A program made the position numbers and the translations under genes. From a virus (lineage: Duplodnaviria; Caudoviricetes): a stretch of 64,000 bases of DNA. The notes beneath the pieces were generated by a model. It did not search any database, was not told the origin of the DNA, and saw nothing but the letters and a program-made list of their open reading frames with translations. Positions 27,673 to 36,889 of this stretch are shown here, piece after piece. The DNA is taken from the IMG/VR virus record IMGVR_UViG_2731957907_000001, positions 13,073 to 77,072 of that record; one strand, 5' to 3'. Every line of letters starts with the position of its first letter. Position 1 is the first letter of the stretch.

Positions 27673-28431
27673 ATGACACAGCTTTATCGCAAAGTCCTGA
27701 ATACTCACCAGGCGGTATCTGAGGCATTCGCCTCTGCCCAGGCAGCGCCGCCGGCTCAACCAGATCCGGCTACGCTGCTGGACGGGGTAGATGAGCACGG
27801 CAACCCGAAGCCAACGCCAGAAACTGCGCCACTGCTCGATAGCGTGAACGATGCGGAATTCGTGGTAACCGATGAAATGCGGCTCGACGCTGCCAACGTC
27901 GTGCGCGAATGGGCCGACTCCGAATTGGAATCGGGCGAAGGCTTTGCCGATCGCCTGTACGCCTTGATCATCGGCGCCGCCGGCGGCGGTGATGAAGACC
28001 TGACCGATGACGAAGCGGACTATGCCGCAGCGCTCGCGGAGCTGGTCGGGGACTACCTGGAAGGGAAGGGCATCCCTAGCGAAGACGTGGACACGCTCCT
28101 GGAAGGCGACCTGGAAGACAATGACCTGGCCACTCGCATCCACGATGCGCTGCTGGACGCCATGCCGCAGGGCGATGACGCCATGCTCGATGACGCCGAG
28201 AAGTTCGTTTGGGGCGAAACCGAGGAAAACATGCTCGATGCGACCTATCGCAAGGTACTGGCCGTTCGCGCAGGCAAGAAGGTCCGCATCAAGAAGCGCG
28301 TGGCGGGCACGGTCCGGCTCACCGCAGCGCAGAAGGTAGCGGTGAAAAAGATGCAACGCCGGGCATTCTCCGGTACCGCCAAAATGAAGCGCGCTCGCTC
28401 GATGCGCCTTCGCCGCAAGCTGATCGGTTGA
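27673..28431 (+). CDS. Prohead core/scaffold-like protein (acidic body, very basic C-terminus)
   Basis: Asp/Glu-rich first ~190 aa then RKVLAVRAGKKVRIKKR...KMKRARSMRLRRKLIG, reminiscent of T4 prohead core proteins. Confidence 0.55.
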   Translation: MTQLYRKVLNTHQAVSEAFASAQAAPPAQPDPATLLDGVDEHGNPKPTPETAPLLDSVNDAEFVVTDEMRLDAANVVREWADSELESGEGFADRLYALIIGAAGGGDEDLTDDEADYAAALAELVGDYLEGKGIPSEDVDTLLEGDLEDNDLATRIHDALLDAMPQGDDAMLDDAEKFVWGETEENMLDATYRKVLAVRAGKKVRIKKRVAGTVRLTAAQKVAVKKMQRRAFSGTAKMKRARSMRLRRKLIG

Positions 28432-28434
28432 TCC

Positions 28435-29610
28435 ATGGTTGATTTTAGCGTCGATGGACTTGGCAAGACGGTCGGGGGGGCCGTCAAGAGCGTTACCGGC
28501 ACAGTTGCCGGAAGCACGTCCAACAAGGTGCTAGGGTCAGCCGCAAAGTACCTGGACTCCACCGGCAGCAACGTGATCAAGGGCGCTGTGGCATCCGCTA
28601 CAGACGCCCTGGACACAGCGGTCGGCGGTACCGCGAACCGCCAGGCAATCGAATCGGCGGCTCGCACGGTTACCGGTACCGTGCAGGACCTGTTCACCGG
28701 CAAGCAAACCATCACCGGTGTTGTAAGCCAGGTCGAAAACAAGGTGGGCACGCTGTTCGGTGACATTGGGTCGACCAGCAACCCGATCGGCACCATTCTG
28801 GGTAGTGTCGGCGGCTTATCTGGCCTGAGGCTGTCCAACAACGATCTGGGCAGCGACTGGGGCAACCTGTCGCCCCTGTTGCTGGCCCGGGTCTTCGTGT
28901 GCGACTCGAAGGGCGTGGCCGACATCCAGGAATATGCCGGCGTCTATGGTGCGATGACCGAGGGTGCTGTCTCCATCCAGCAAAACTGGCAATCACCCTT
29001 TGAGAATACAGGGCCTGAGACGAAGGCGCCGGCGCTGGCCGGCATGCTGCAGTCCGGGTCCCTGGTACCAGTGCTGAACGCGCTGCAGGCCATCAGCCCT
29101 TTCAAAGATGGGGCAATCTCTGATGCGCTCAATGCCAGCTCCGACAAGCTGAAAACGGTTATGCGCGATCTGGAAGGGCGGACAGGCATTACCAAGCTCA
29201 ACAGTAGGCAGGTGTTCTCTGGGATGCCGCCGGTGAAGTTCACCGCCACCATCCGCTTTAGGGCGCTGGCCAGCGCTGAGAAAGAGGTCATGGCCCCCCT
29301 GGCCAGGCTTCTGGAGTGGGTGTTCCCACAGATGCTGGCTGAAGACGGCATTCTGTCCGAGGTGCTACAGACGACCAAGGACGTGGATTCGTTCATTAAG
29401 GCCCTGTTCCCATCCATTGCCCCCAAGCTGCTGGGGCTGACCTATGGCGGGAGCACCTACGCGCCTGTGGTGATTGAAAGCGTGGACTACCCGCTTGACG
29501 CTCCCAAGGACGAGAACGGCAATTTCATCGACCTTCCGGTGCAGATTTCATTCGCCACCCTGACAGCCCTGGACCGGGCGGATATCAAGCGCTGGTTCAA
29601 CCGCCGATAA
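28435..29610 (+). CDS. Baseplate / tail tube initiator-like protein
   Basis: WQSPFE, TKLNSRQVFSGMPPVKF, PVVIESVDYPLDAP; directly upstream of tube gene. Confidence 0.55.
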   Translation: MVDFSVDGLGKTVGGAVKSVTGTVAGSTSNKVLGSAAKYLDSTGSNVIKGAVASATDALDTAVGGTANRQAIESAARTVTGTVQDLFTGKQTITGVVSQVENKVGTLFGDIGSTSNPIGTILGSVGGLSGLRLSNNDLGSDWGNLSPLLLARVFVCDSKGVADIQEYAGVYGAMTEGAVSIQQNWQSPFENTGPETKAPALAGMLQSGSLVPVLNALQAISPFKDGAISDALNASSDKLKTVMRDLEGRTGITKLNSRQVFSGMPPVKFTATIRFRALASAEKEVMAPLARLLEWVFPQMLAEDGILSEVLQTTKDVDSFIKALFPSIAPKLLGLTYGGSTYAPVVIESVDYPLDAPKDENGNFIDLPVQISFATLTALDRADIKRWFNRR

Positions 29611-29613
29611 CGT

Positions 29614-29654
29614 GCAAACCCCCGGGAAATCGGGGGTTTTTCACGTCTGACAAT
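29614..29654 (+). promoter_or_regulatory. Putative late promoter of tube operon
   Basis: GCAAACCCCCGG ... GACAAT, 41-nt geometry. Confidence 0.7.
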
Positions 29655-29689
29655 GGCCCTCGTTATTCAGCAAACCCGAGGGTTATTCA

Positions 29690-30163
29690 ATGACCGTTTC
29701 CAAGCATGCGGTACTGAGCCGCACGTTCCAGAACACCAACGACATGGGCGCCAAAGCGGTCCAGTCTGACGCTACGCTGGTGATCGATGGCTTCGAACAC
29801 ATGGTTCTGCAGTTCAAGCAGTTCCCCTGGCCTGTGGCGACCACTGGCGATGTGATCGAGTACTACGGCCCGGTTGGCCAAAAGATGGTCCAGCCGCAGC
29901 AGAGCAAGACCAAGCAAGAAGGCCCATTCACCATCTACGAAACCGTGGCAAACCACTGCGGCGAATTCCTGGCCCAGCTGATCGAGCAGGGCGGCGAGTT
30001 CAACGCGACCGTGTACGCCGGCCGCCCAGACGACTACAAGAAGAAGCACACGCTGCATAAGTGCATTCTGGTGGCCGATACCCCTGACCGCGACTGGGAA
30101 AACGATACCTCGCCTCTGATGGTCAGCGGCACCATGCACTACCACTGGTTCAACAACCAGTAA
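29690..30163 (+). CDS. Tail tube protein (P1 BplB-like)
   Basis: 157 aa; IEYYGPVG, YET and terminal YHW patterns shared with P1 BplB. Confidence 0.72.
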   Translation: MTVSKHAVLSRTFQNTNDMGAKAVQSDATLVIDGFEHMVLQFKQFPWPVATTGDVIEYYGPVGQKMVQPQQSKTKQEGPFTIYETVANHCGEFLAQLIEQGGEFNATVYAGRPDDYKKKHTLHKCILVADTPDRDWENDTSPLMVSGTMHYHWFNNQ

Positions 30164-30168
30164 TCGCC

Positions 30169-30573
30169 ATGAAAATCAGCCAATTAGTAGCCCAGTATTT
30201 CACGGTGCTGCCGATTGGCTGCGTGCTGGATGAGGACCAAGTGACCCGGAACCTGCGCGAAGCAGTGCGGGCGTACTGTGGGTACCGACGCCTCACCAAT
30301 GCGCAGCCAGAAGCAGGAATCCATACTCCTATCGACGCGCAGGCAGGCGCCACCGGTGACCAGGACTTTGACCTGACGCCGAGTGAGCTGGCGTTGATCG
30401 AACCACTATGGCACCTCAAGAACGACAAAGAGAACGCTATCGCGTTTGAGGCCTCCCGCACCCAAGGCGCGGATCCGTTCGGCAAAACGGCTGCCGAATG
30501 CGATGCGGCCATTGCTGACTTCTTGCGCGAGCTCCCCAGCAAGAGCTTCAGCTTTGAGGTGAGGTCGATCTGA
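30169..30573 (+). CDS. Virion morphogenesis protein (possible head-tail adaptor)
   Basis: Operon position; function is inference. Confidence 0.5.
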   Translation: MKISQLVAQYFTVLPIGCVLDEDQVTRNLREAVRAYCGYRRLTNAQPEAGIHTPIDAQAGATGDQDFDLTPSELALIEPLWHLKNDKENAIAFEASRTQGADPFGKTAAECDAAIADFLRELPSKSFSFEVRSI

Positions 30574-31265
30574 TGGCCAACATCTTCGAACGGATGGCTT
30601 ACCAAGCGGCCAACAAGGTGATCCCGAAGATCGGGGTCAGCAGCAAGGTGCTCAAGTACTCCTCTGCCGCGCGCGACATCCTCAACGGCAATTTGCCCAG
30701 TGGTACGAACCGACTGCTCGATGCGGTCTACGGGCGGGCGTCAGGAAACATCATCCTGGCCGGCCTGTCCTGGCCCCAGCAAATCCAGATGTTCGAAGAA
30801 GCCAGCAGCATTGAGCGGGAGCGGACCAACCTCTTTCACATCGATATTGCCCCTACCGGACGCATCAACGCCCCAAGGGTCAACCTGCTGGCCACCGAGG
30901 CCTCCTACAACCAGACCCAGTTGGGCTGGGATTCCGTCAAGATCGGCTCCGGCTTTAGCCAGGCGCCTACCGGTGCAGAGGCTACTGAGCTGCGCTTGGT
31001 GACGTATGACGTGGACGGTGAAATCAAGCAATGGTTTGACCAGCTCAAGGCCACCGTAGCCCACGGAGACGGTACCTATGGCCTGCCCACTGAATACTGC
31101 AACACCATCACCGTGACGCACGGCGCCGTGTTGGAGGGGCGAGGCTACGCGAAGTCCTGGGTCATGGTGCCAGGTACTTGTGAGGTCAACCTGCAGCGCA
31201 GCACCGATGACTTTACCGCGCTGAATCTCACTTTCATTGAATTCGACTACTTTGGCAGCCTATGA
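30573..31265 (+). CDS. Tube-fold baseplate protein
   Basis: ELRLVTYD.DGEIKQWF...DGTYGLP.EY...LTF.EFD. Confidence 0.55.
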   Translation: MANIFERMAYQAANKVIPKIGVSSKVLKYSSAARDILNGNLPSGTNRLLDAVYGRASGNIILAGLSWPQQIQMFEEASSIERERTNLFHIDIAPTGRINAPRVNLLATEASYNQTQLGWDSVKIGSGFSQAPTGAEATELRLVTYDVDGEIKQWFDQLKATVAHGDGTYGLPTEYCNTITVTHGAVLEGRGYAKSWVMVPGTCEVNLQRSTDDFTALNLTFIEFDYFGSL

Positions 31266-32020
31266 AATACATCCCGCCGATCAACACCGCCCGTATTTCC
31301 GTCGAGCTCCATGAGCCTGACATGGACAGCAATGAGCGCACGCTGGAAATCCCTGCGCAGTTCGAGCAGCGCACCGCCACCGAGCTACTGCGCGGCATCA
31401 TCAAACCGATCGAGCGCCCGGGCGCGATCGCTGATCCCCGCATGTGGTCCGTGAACGAGCGAATGTTTGTCATCGCCTCGTACATGAGTGCTACCCGGGA
31501 GGATGGCCCGAATTTTCCGATCGGAGAGGGCACATTCAGTGACTACCTGCTCGATGGTACCGATTATGTGGCGGAGGTCCTGTTCGAGTGCGACGGGCGC
31601 GCGCTGGTTTATTCGCCCTTGCACGGCTACCAGGCTGAGGTAATCGAGACACTGCTGGCGGCCGGGAACTACTCCAATACGGCTTACAGCTGGTGGAAAG
31701 CCTGCATTGCAGCCTGTGTCCGCGGTGCTGATGAGGAGCCGCTTCCATACCGCGACGATGCCCAATACGAAGCGCTCCTGGTGGGGCGTATCGAGTCTGT
31801 GGGGCGGCTGAGCGATAGCGCATTCGTTGAGCTGTTCGACGCCTACCAGGTGGCGGCGCAGAGTGGTGCGCACATGGTGTATGCCATCACAAACGCCTAC
31901 GGCGTCCTTGCCGCGCAAGTTAGCGAGCCGTCAGAGGGGGTGCCGGAGCTCGCTCCGGCCCGATTTCCTGCCCGTTCCGCAATCAGCCGGCGAGCGCGTG
32001 AAATTATGGGAGTCCTTTAA
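31262..32020 (+). CDS. Baseplate/tail assembly protein
   Basis: ATGA overlap; DPRMWSVNERM motif; operon position. Confidence 0.55.
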   Translation: MKYIPPINTARISVELHEPDMDSNERTLEIPAQFEQRTATELLRGIIKPIERPGAIADPRMWSVNERMFVIASYMSATREDGPNFPIGEGTFSDYLLDGTDYVAEVLFECDGRALVYSPLHGYQAEVIETLLAAGNYSNTAYSWWKACIAACVRGADEEPLPYRDDAQYEALLVGRIESVGRLSDSAFVELFDAYQVAAQSGAHMVYAITNAYGVLAAQVSEPSEGVPELAPARFPARSAISRRAREIMGVL

Positions 32021-32255
32021 CAACACCCGCGCAGAATTGGCGCTGTACTTTGGCCAGGATCTGGCCCAGTGCGGGAAGCTGACGTACTCACGCATCAAGC
32101 AGCTGTTCGATAGCAAACCCTTCGACAACTGGCGGCAAACCCGTGAGAACGAAGCCAAGGCGCGGGCCGCTGAATTCCAGCGGTTGGACGCCATCATCAA
32201 GTCCATTGGCAATCAATCCCAGCTGATAGCCGATATCGCACGCAAGCGCGGCTGA
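31998..32255 (+). CDS. Small tail assembly protein (start uncertain)
   Basis: Coding-like frame overlapping end of previous gene; GTG 31998 is the only plausible start. Confidence 0.5.
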   Translation: MKLWESFNNTRAELALYFGQDLAQCGKLTYSRIKQLFDSKPFDNWRQTRENEAKARAAEFQRLDAIIKSIGNQSQLIADIARKRG

Positions 32256-32260
32256 TCCGC

Positions 32261-32301
32261 GCAAACCCCCGAAAATCGCGGGCTCCCAGGCCAGTGAAAA
32301 T
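32261..32301 (+). promoter_or_regulatory. Putative late promoter of lysis cassette
   Basis: GCAAACCCCCG ... GAAAAT, 41-nt geometry. Confidence 0.7.
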
Positions 32302-32335
32302 GGCGCCATCGAACATGACTCATCGGGGCGCCAAG

Positions 32336-32647
32336 ATGGCCGCGGAAGCAAAAAAACTGATCGACCATCCCGCGGCCAAGTGGCTGATGGGGGTCATGCA
32401 GGCCCTGGCGGTGACCATCATCGTGGGCACTGCCAACAGCGTGGGCGACAAGCTCAATAGCATCATCAGCTCCCTGGCAGCGTTCAACAAGGATATGGCC
32501 TTGCTGCAACAGCAGGTGAACCTGAACACCAATGGCCTGGCTGGCCAGAAAACCGACGTAGAGCAGCTGAAGGCCAATGTTCTTCGCCTGGATATGCGGG
32601 TCGAGCAGCTGGAGCGGGCCGATCGAGGAGGCAAGAGTGGGCGCTAA
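32336..32647 (+). CDS. Holin/antiholin-like protein (1 TM + coiled coil)
   Basis: WLMGVMQALAVTIIVG; first gene of lysis cassette. Confidence 0.6.
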   Translation: MAAEAKKLIDHPAAKWLMGVMQALAVTIIVGTANSVGDKLNSIISSLAAFNKDMALLQQQVNLNTNGLAGQKTDVEQLKANVLRLDMRVEQLERADRGGKSGR

Positions 32648-32888
32648 GCAGGTCAAGTCCTGGGCTCAGACGCTCAAGCCATACAACACCTGGTTGATTT
32701 TCCTGGGCTTCGGCCTGGACGGCCTGGTTGTGGCTTGGGCCTACATGGATGGCCAGCTTCCGCCGGCGTTGTACGGCGCGATCACCGGGCTGCTCAAAGC
32801 GGCCAACTTGGGCATCCACTTCATCAACAAGAAGGTGAGTGAGGAGGTTGAAGATGGGGAGCAAGAAGCCAACCCAGAAGGAAGCTGA
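32637..32888 (+). CDS. Holin (2 TM)
   Basis: GAGGAGG SD before GTG; two hydrophobic segments; precedes endolysin. Confidence 0.65.
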   Translation: MGAKQVKSWAQTLKPYNTWLIFLGFGLDGLVVAWAYMDGQLPPALYGAITGLLKAANLGIHFINKKVSEEVEDGEQEANPEGS

Positions 32889-33441
32889 GGCTTCGATCCG
32901 GCGGGTAGCCAGCAAGAAGGGCGTGAGTGTGCTGGTGCTGGCCATCGCGCTGGGCGCATCAGTGAAAGAGGGGATCAGCCTGGTTGTCTACGACGACGGG
33001 CTAGGCATTCCCACCACCTGCTTCGGCCAGACTGGCCGTGATGTGCAGTTTGGCCAGGCGCCGCGCTCGATCGATGGCTGCAGCGAACAGCTGTTGGCCC
33101 GCACTCAAGCCAGCATTGACCACTTGGACCGGCGGATTGGATTCATTCCTACACCAGGTGGGAATCTGACATTCAAGCAGCTGACTGCAGGTGAGCAGCG
33201 GGCCTATGTGTCAATTTACGACAACGTTGGCGATGGTCGCTATGGCACGAAAGACGGGCTGTTCGCCCAGAAAAAGGCCGATCGAGTGAGCCGAATTGTT
33301 CAGCACCTGCGCGCCGGCCACCGCCAGGCTGCGTGCAAGTCCATCCTTGATTGGACCCAGCCAGCATGGATGCCAGGCATCAAGATCCGCCGCGAGAGTG
33401 AAAACAAGCTCTGCCTGAGTGAGCTGAAGGTGGCGGGATGA
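32854..33441 (+). CDS. Endolysin, GH24 lysozyme, probably SAR type
   Basis: Catalytic triad EG......YDD..GIPTTCFGQT; Gly/Ala-rich hydrophobic segment just before Glu; GIKIRRESE..LC. Confidence 0.88.
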   Translation: MGSKKPTQKEAEASIRRVASKKGVSVLVLAIALGASVKEGISLVVYDDGLGIPTTCFGQTGRDVQFGQAPRSIDGCSEQLLARTQASIDHLDRRIGFIPTPGGNLTFKQLTAGEQRAYVSIYDNVGDGRYGTKDGLFAQKKADRVSRIVQHLRAGHRQAACKSILDWTQPAWMPGIKIRRESENKLCLSELKVAG

Positions 33442-33791
33442 ATGTAAGCGACGTGCTGCTGTGGGGTGCTTTGGGCGCCCTGGTGTGTGGATATGCCTTG
33501 AATGAAGCCTATGACGCTGGCGTTGCTTCCGGGAGCGTACTGCTCAATACCGTCACTGCAGACTTGGGCACCGCGCGTAGCAACCTTCAGACGTTAAAGG
33601 ACGAGCTCGAGGACGCCAACCGTAAGGTCGCCGCCCACCAAGCTGGCGGCATGAAAGACGAGGCAGCGAAGTCCCAACTGCAACAGCAGGCCCAGGGCAA
33701 CGCTGAAAGAGGTCAGGCCCGCGTCGAAGCTGCCAAGACCATCAAAACCAGCACTGACGACGTGCTGCGCACCTACTGGGAGGCGCAATGA
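33438..33791 (+). CDS. Rz-like inner membrane spanin
   Basis: N-terminal TM then coiled coil, after endolysin. Confidence 0.7.
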   Translation: MNVSDVLLWGALGALVCGYALNEAYDAGVASGSVLLNTVTADLGTARSNLQTLKDELEDANRKVAAHQAGGMKDEAAKSQLQQQAQGNAERGQARVEAAKTIKTSTDDVLRTYWEAQ

Positions 33792-34093
33792 AAGCGCTGC
33801 AGCGATCCTCGGCAGCAGTGGTGCTCATGATGCTTTGCGCGTGCTCGAGCACACATCGCGAATTTGAGCCGAGAATGGAAGTGGTCGAAAAGTTGGTGCC
33901 TCAGCGCTGCATTGACCCGGACGAGGTCCCAGATTCGCCTGTGTATCAGGCGAGAACCGGGCCCTACGTGCCGGTAGAGTCAGCCAAGATCCTAGTGGCT
34001 GACTTGGAGGCCGCAAAGGCCTACGCCGAAAAGCTCGCCGCGCTTCTGCCGCCGTGCTTGCGCAAACGGGTGACTTTGGACAATGCCGATTGA
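33788..34093 (+). CDS. Rz1-like outer membrane lipoprotein spanin
   Basis: Signal peptide with lipobox LCAC, Pro-rich mature part. Confidence 0.75.
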   Translation: MKALQRSSAAVVLMMLCACSSTHREFEPRMEVVEKLVPQRCIDPDEVPDSPVYQARTGPYVPVESAKILVADLEAAKAYAEKLAALLPPCLRKRVTLDNAD

Positions 34094-35250
34094 GGCGATT
34101 GACGGGTTGGGCTGGTTGCAAACTGGCCCCAGTCGTCCATCAATAGCCTGCGCTTTTCCAATTGTGTGCCGCGCATATATCGTTTGGAAACAGCGTTTCC
34201 AACTTCATGCGAAAGTGCCGCTTCGCATACTTCCGACTCATGCTTAGTTTGCTCCTGCGCCCAAGTACGGAACGTTGCCCTGAACCCATGGGGCGTGCAT
34301 TCCATGTCCATTTTCTTGAGTAATCTGCGCAAGGAATTGTCGGCCATCAATTTATCCATATTCCGACCTGGGAATATGAGGAAACTGCTTCCACGCGTAC
34401 CGGTTTCCTTCAGAACCTGAATGGCTTCTTCACTCAACGGGACCACATGCTGTTCGCGGTTTTTCATCCGCTCAGCCGGAATCGTCCAGGTCATACGCTC
34501 GAAATCTATCTCATCCCAACGGGCGGCCATGGCCTCGTTGGTGCGTGTGCCGGTGAGGATCAGGAACTGGAGGCAGCGCGCGGCGCGGCCTTCCTCGTTG
34601 TCGAGGCGTTGCCAGAACTCTGGCAATTGATGGTAATCAAGTGACTCTAGCGGCACTGCGACTGGGTAGCCGCGATCTAGCAGGTTCTGCAGGTGACCAC
34701 GCCAGCGGGCTGGATTCGGTCCGTCGCGGTGGCCCAATGTCTTCTCCGCATCAAGCACCTGCTCAATTCGGTTACGAATGCGGCGTGCCGACTCGGGGAT
34801 AGTGCGCCAAATAGGTTCAAGCACCGGCAATATATCGTCAGTGTCGATCTTATTTACCGGTATATTGCCAATTTTGGAATAAACATGATTTTCCATCGAG
34901 CTCGCCCACTGTGACGCATGCGTAGGCGACCAAGCAGCACGGTATCGCTCAATGAAAGAGCGCGCAGCTTGCTCGAAGGTAACTACTTGCAAAGCGGCCA
35001 TTTGCTTCTCATCGAGAGGATCAATGCCGCGTGCAACTAACGCTTTGAGTTCGGCCAGCTTCTTTCGAGCTTCCATCACCGATACTTCAGGAAACGAGCC
35101 AAGTCCCTTATCACGACGACGGCCGTTAATCTGGTACCGGTAGACCCAGTTCTTGCTAAGCGTTTCCGTGACGTTGAGGTACAGGCCGTTCTTATCCTGG
35201 TACCGGCCCGGCTGGCTTATCTTGGGAATAGCCGTTTGACTTAGGGACAT
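34021..35250 (-). CDS. int: Tyrosine integrase, P4-like with N-terminal arm-binding domain
   Basis: GRYQDKNGLYL, LGSFPEVS..EAR, LTGTRTNE, ERMKN, HGFRATFRT, LSH, Y. Confidence 0.95.
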   Translation of the reverse strand: MSLSQTAIPKISQPGRYQDKNGLYLNVTETLSKNWVYRYQINGRRRDKGLGSFPEVSVMEARKKLAELKALVARGIDPLDEKQMAALQVVTFEQAARSFIERYRAAWSPTHASQWASSMENHVYSKIGNIPVNKIDTDDILPVLEPIWRTIPESARRIRNRIEQVLDAEKTLGHRDGPNPARWRGHLQNLLDRGYPVAVPLESLDYHQLPEFWQRLDNEEGRAARCLQFLILTGTRTNEAMAARWDEIDFERMTWTIPAERMKNREQHVVPLSEEAIQVLKETGTRGSSFLIFPGRNMDKLMADNSLRRLLKKMDMECTPHGFRATFRTWAQEQTKHESEVCEAALSHEVGNAVSKRYMRGTQLEKRRLLMDDWGQFATSPTRQSPQSALSKVTRLRKHGGRSAASFSA

Positions 35251-35269
35251 GGTTTTCTGCCTTTATGCG

Positions 35270-35500
35270 TAGGTGTGTTACGACGTGTTGTGAGGCGTTC
35301 CGTGTCATGTGGGTTTTCCAGGTACAGATTTAGACGTCAGATTTTGAAAAGCGGGGGTGCTAGGGCCCCACTGCGGCGCAAATTGTGCCATTTGTTCCGG
35401 GGATATAATATCCCCGGCCTTTTTTGGCCCAGCCCCCACACTACGGGGCGTTTGGGCCTGCCACGCTATTTGAAACCCACACACTGTCCCACAACGGCCG
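35270..35500. other. Candidate attP region
   Basis: Non-coding, upstream of int; TGTGGG (35308) opposed to CCCACA at 35435, 35476, 35488; perfect palindrome CCGGGGATAT-A-ATATCCCCGG 35397-35417. Confidence 0.5.
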
Positions 35501-35567
35501 TTGCGTTGTTTGTAGAGTGTGGCCTCTAAAGGTTCCCCTGTGAAGACGTTTTCCCGATGAGCGGTAT

Positions 35568-35963
35568 TTATTTTTGGGTAAATTGTCGTTCTGAGCGGTA
35601 CGTCAGATAAATCAGGTAGCCCTCACGGCTCCCGAGCGTACCAATCATCTGTTCGACGTGCTGCTTCTCGGCGGTGAAGCGGTTGGCCAGCCGCTGCGCC
35701 TGCAGCTCAACCTGGCGGTCTTGAGAGGCTGTAAGCATCTGCCCGATTTCTACAGGAAGGCGGTAGCTGGCCACCACCACCAGGAGCATGATGACCAGGC
35801 CGGCCACAAGCCTCACGCGGGCAGCAAATCGCATAACCGCTTGCCGCCACACCTCAGGGTTTTCGGGGTTGAGCCCTGCGCGCCTGATCACTACATGTGG
35901 ATGCTGCGCGCGGTAGACGAATACCACGCACAGCGCCAACACGAACAATGAAATCGAGTACAT
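35568..35963 (-). CDS. Membrane protein (2 TM)
   Basis: Two hydrophobic segments; last gene of leftward operon. Confidence 0.65.
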   Translation of the reverse strand: MYSISLFVLALCVVFVYRAQHPHVVIRRAGLNPENPEVWRQAVMRFAARVRLVAGLVIMLLVVVASYRLPVEIGQMLTASQDRQVELQAQRLANRFTAEKQHVEQMIGTLGSREGYLIYLTYRSERQFTQK

Positions 35964-35967
35964 GTCG

Positions 35968-36459
35968 TTACCCTTTGAGGTCAAAGTGAATGAGCCAACA
36001 CCAAGGTGCTGGACAGGTAGGGGTGTCGGGCATCACCTGCGACCAGTAATCGAGAAATGAGGCCTTGGAGTCGTGCCCGCTGGCGCGCCAGTGCCTGGCC
36101 GTCAGCAAGTCCAATCGGTTGATCGCCATACGCAGTACGATGCCGGTGCCGAAGCGCACTGGTTTGTGAGCGGGGGTCAGGTGCAGCAGGTCGAAAGCCG
36201 CGCCCGGGGCGATCGGTGAAATACGCGAGTCGATGACCCCAGTCCGGTAGGCGTGGCGGACTGCCGCCAGCAGCGCCTGGCTATTGCCCTCACTCAAGCC
36301 CAGTTCTGCCAGCCCATGGCCGTCCAGGTGCGGCTGGTCCTGGAAGGGCACCACCACCACCCGGACGTTACCGGCCTGGACCTTGGCAGCCAGGCCGGCA
36401 GACAAGATCAGCTGCTTGAGCGTGAAGTTGAGGCTATGGCCTTCCGCTGGTGCGCGCAT
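35968..36459 (-). CDS. ASCH/PUA-like hypothetical protein
   Basis: RLDLLTARHWRASGH...FLDYW...PWCWLIHF, similar to end of 42404 protein. Confidence 0.6.
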   Translation of the reverse strand: MRAPAEGHSLNFTLKQLILSAGLAAKVQAGNVRVVVVPFQDQPHLDGHGLAELGLSEGNSQALLAAVRHAYRTGVIDSRISPIAPGAAFDLLHLTPAHKPVRFGTGIVLRMAINRLDLLTARHWRASGHDSKASFLDYWSQVMPDTPTCPAPWCWLIHFDLKG

Positions 36460-36755
36460 CAGCGGCTGACCAGCGTGAAGTGCACTGAATCCGGCCCCAG
36501 GCCATACGCCTGAATGAACTGCCGGCGCAGGTCCTCATAGATTGCGAAAACCGCGGCTTTGGCCTCAAGGTAATTCAGGCGGTGATTTTTCGGTGTGCTC
36601 CAGGTCGACTCCATGGCATTACCGGCACCGTCTTTGAGCAAGACCACAGCGCTCCAAGCGACCCGCTTTTTCGGCAGCGAAGCCCTGAATTTCCCGGGTT
36701 GCTCTCCATTGGGTCCCTCATGGCGGACATGGGCCCCATCGAAGATGATTTTCAT
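36459..36755 (-). CDS. Hypothetical protein
   Basis: AAGGA SD, TGATG coupling to next gene. Confidence 0.65.
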   Translation of the reverse strand: MKIIFDGAHVRHEGPNGEQPGKFRASLPKKRVAWSAVVLLKDGAGNAMESTWSTPKNHRLNYLEAKAAVFAIYEDLRRQFIQAYGLGPDSVHFTLVSR

Positions 36756-36889
36756 CGGTTCATTCCTTGCTTCTCGAAGGTAAGCGCTTGATAATCAACG
36801 CCCCACCTTTAGTGTTTCTGGCTGAAATTTCTCGGGGTTGGGGAGAAGCCGCGCGCCGAAAGGTTGCGCGGCTTTTTTGTGCGCGGCTG

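Noticed and set aside
25959-27674. 571-aa minus-strand ORF (also 23645-24796, 55214-56485, 19765-20673, 58592-59539)
   Set aside because: Antisense shadows of well-supported plus-strand genes in GC-rich, codon-biased DNA
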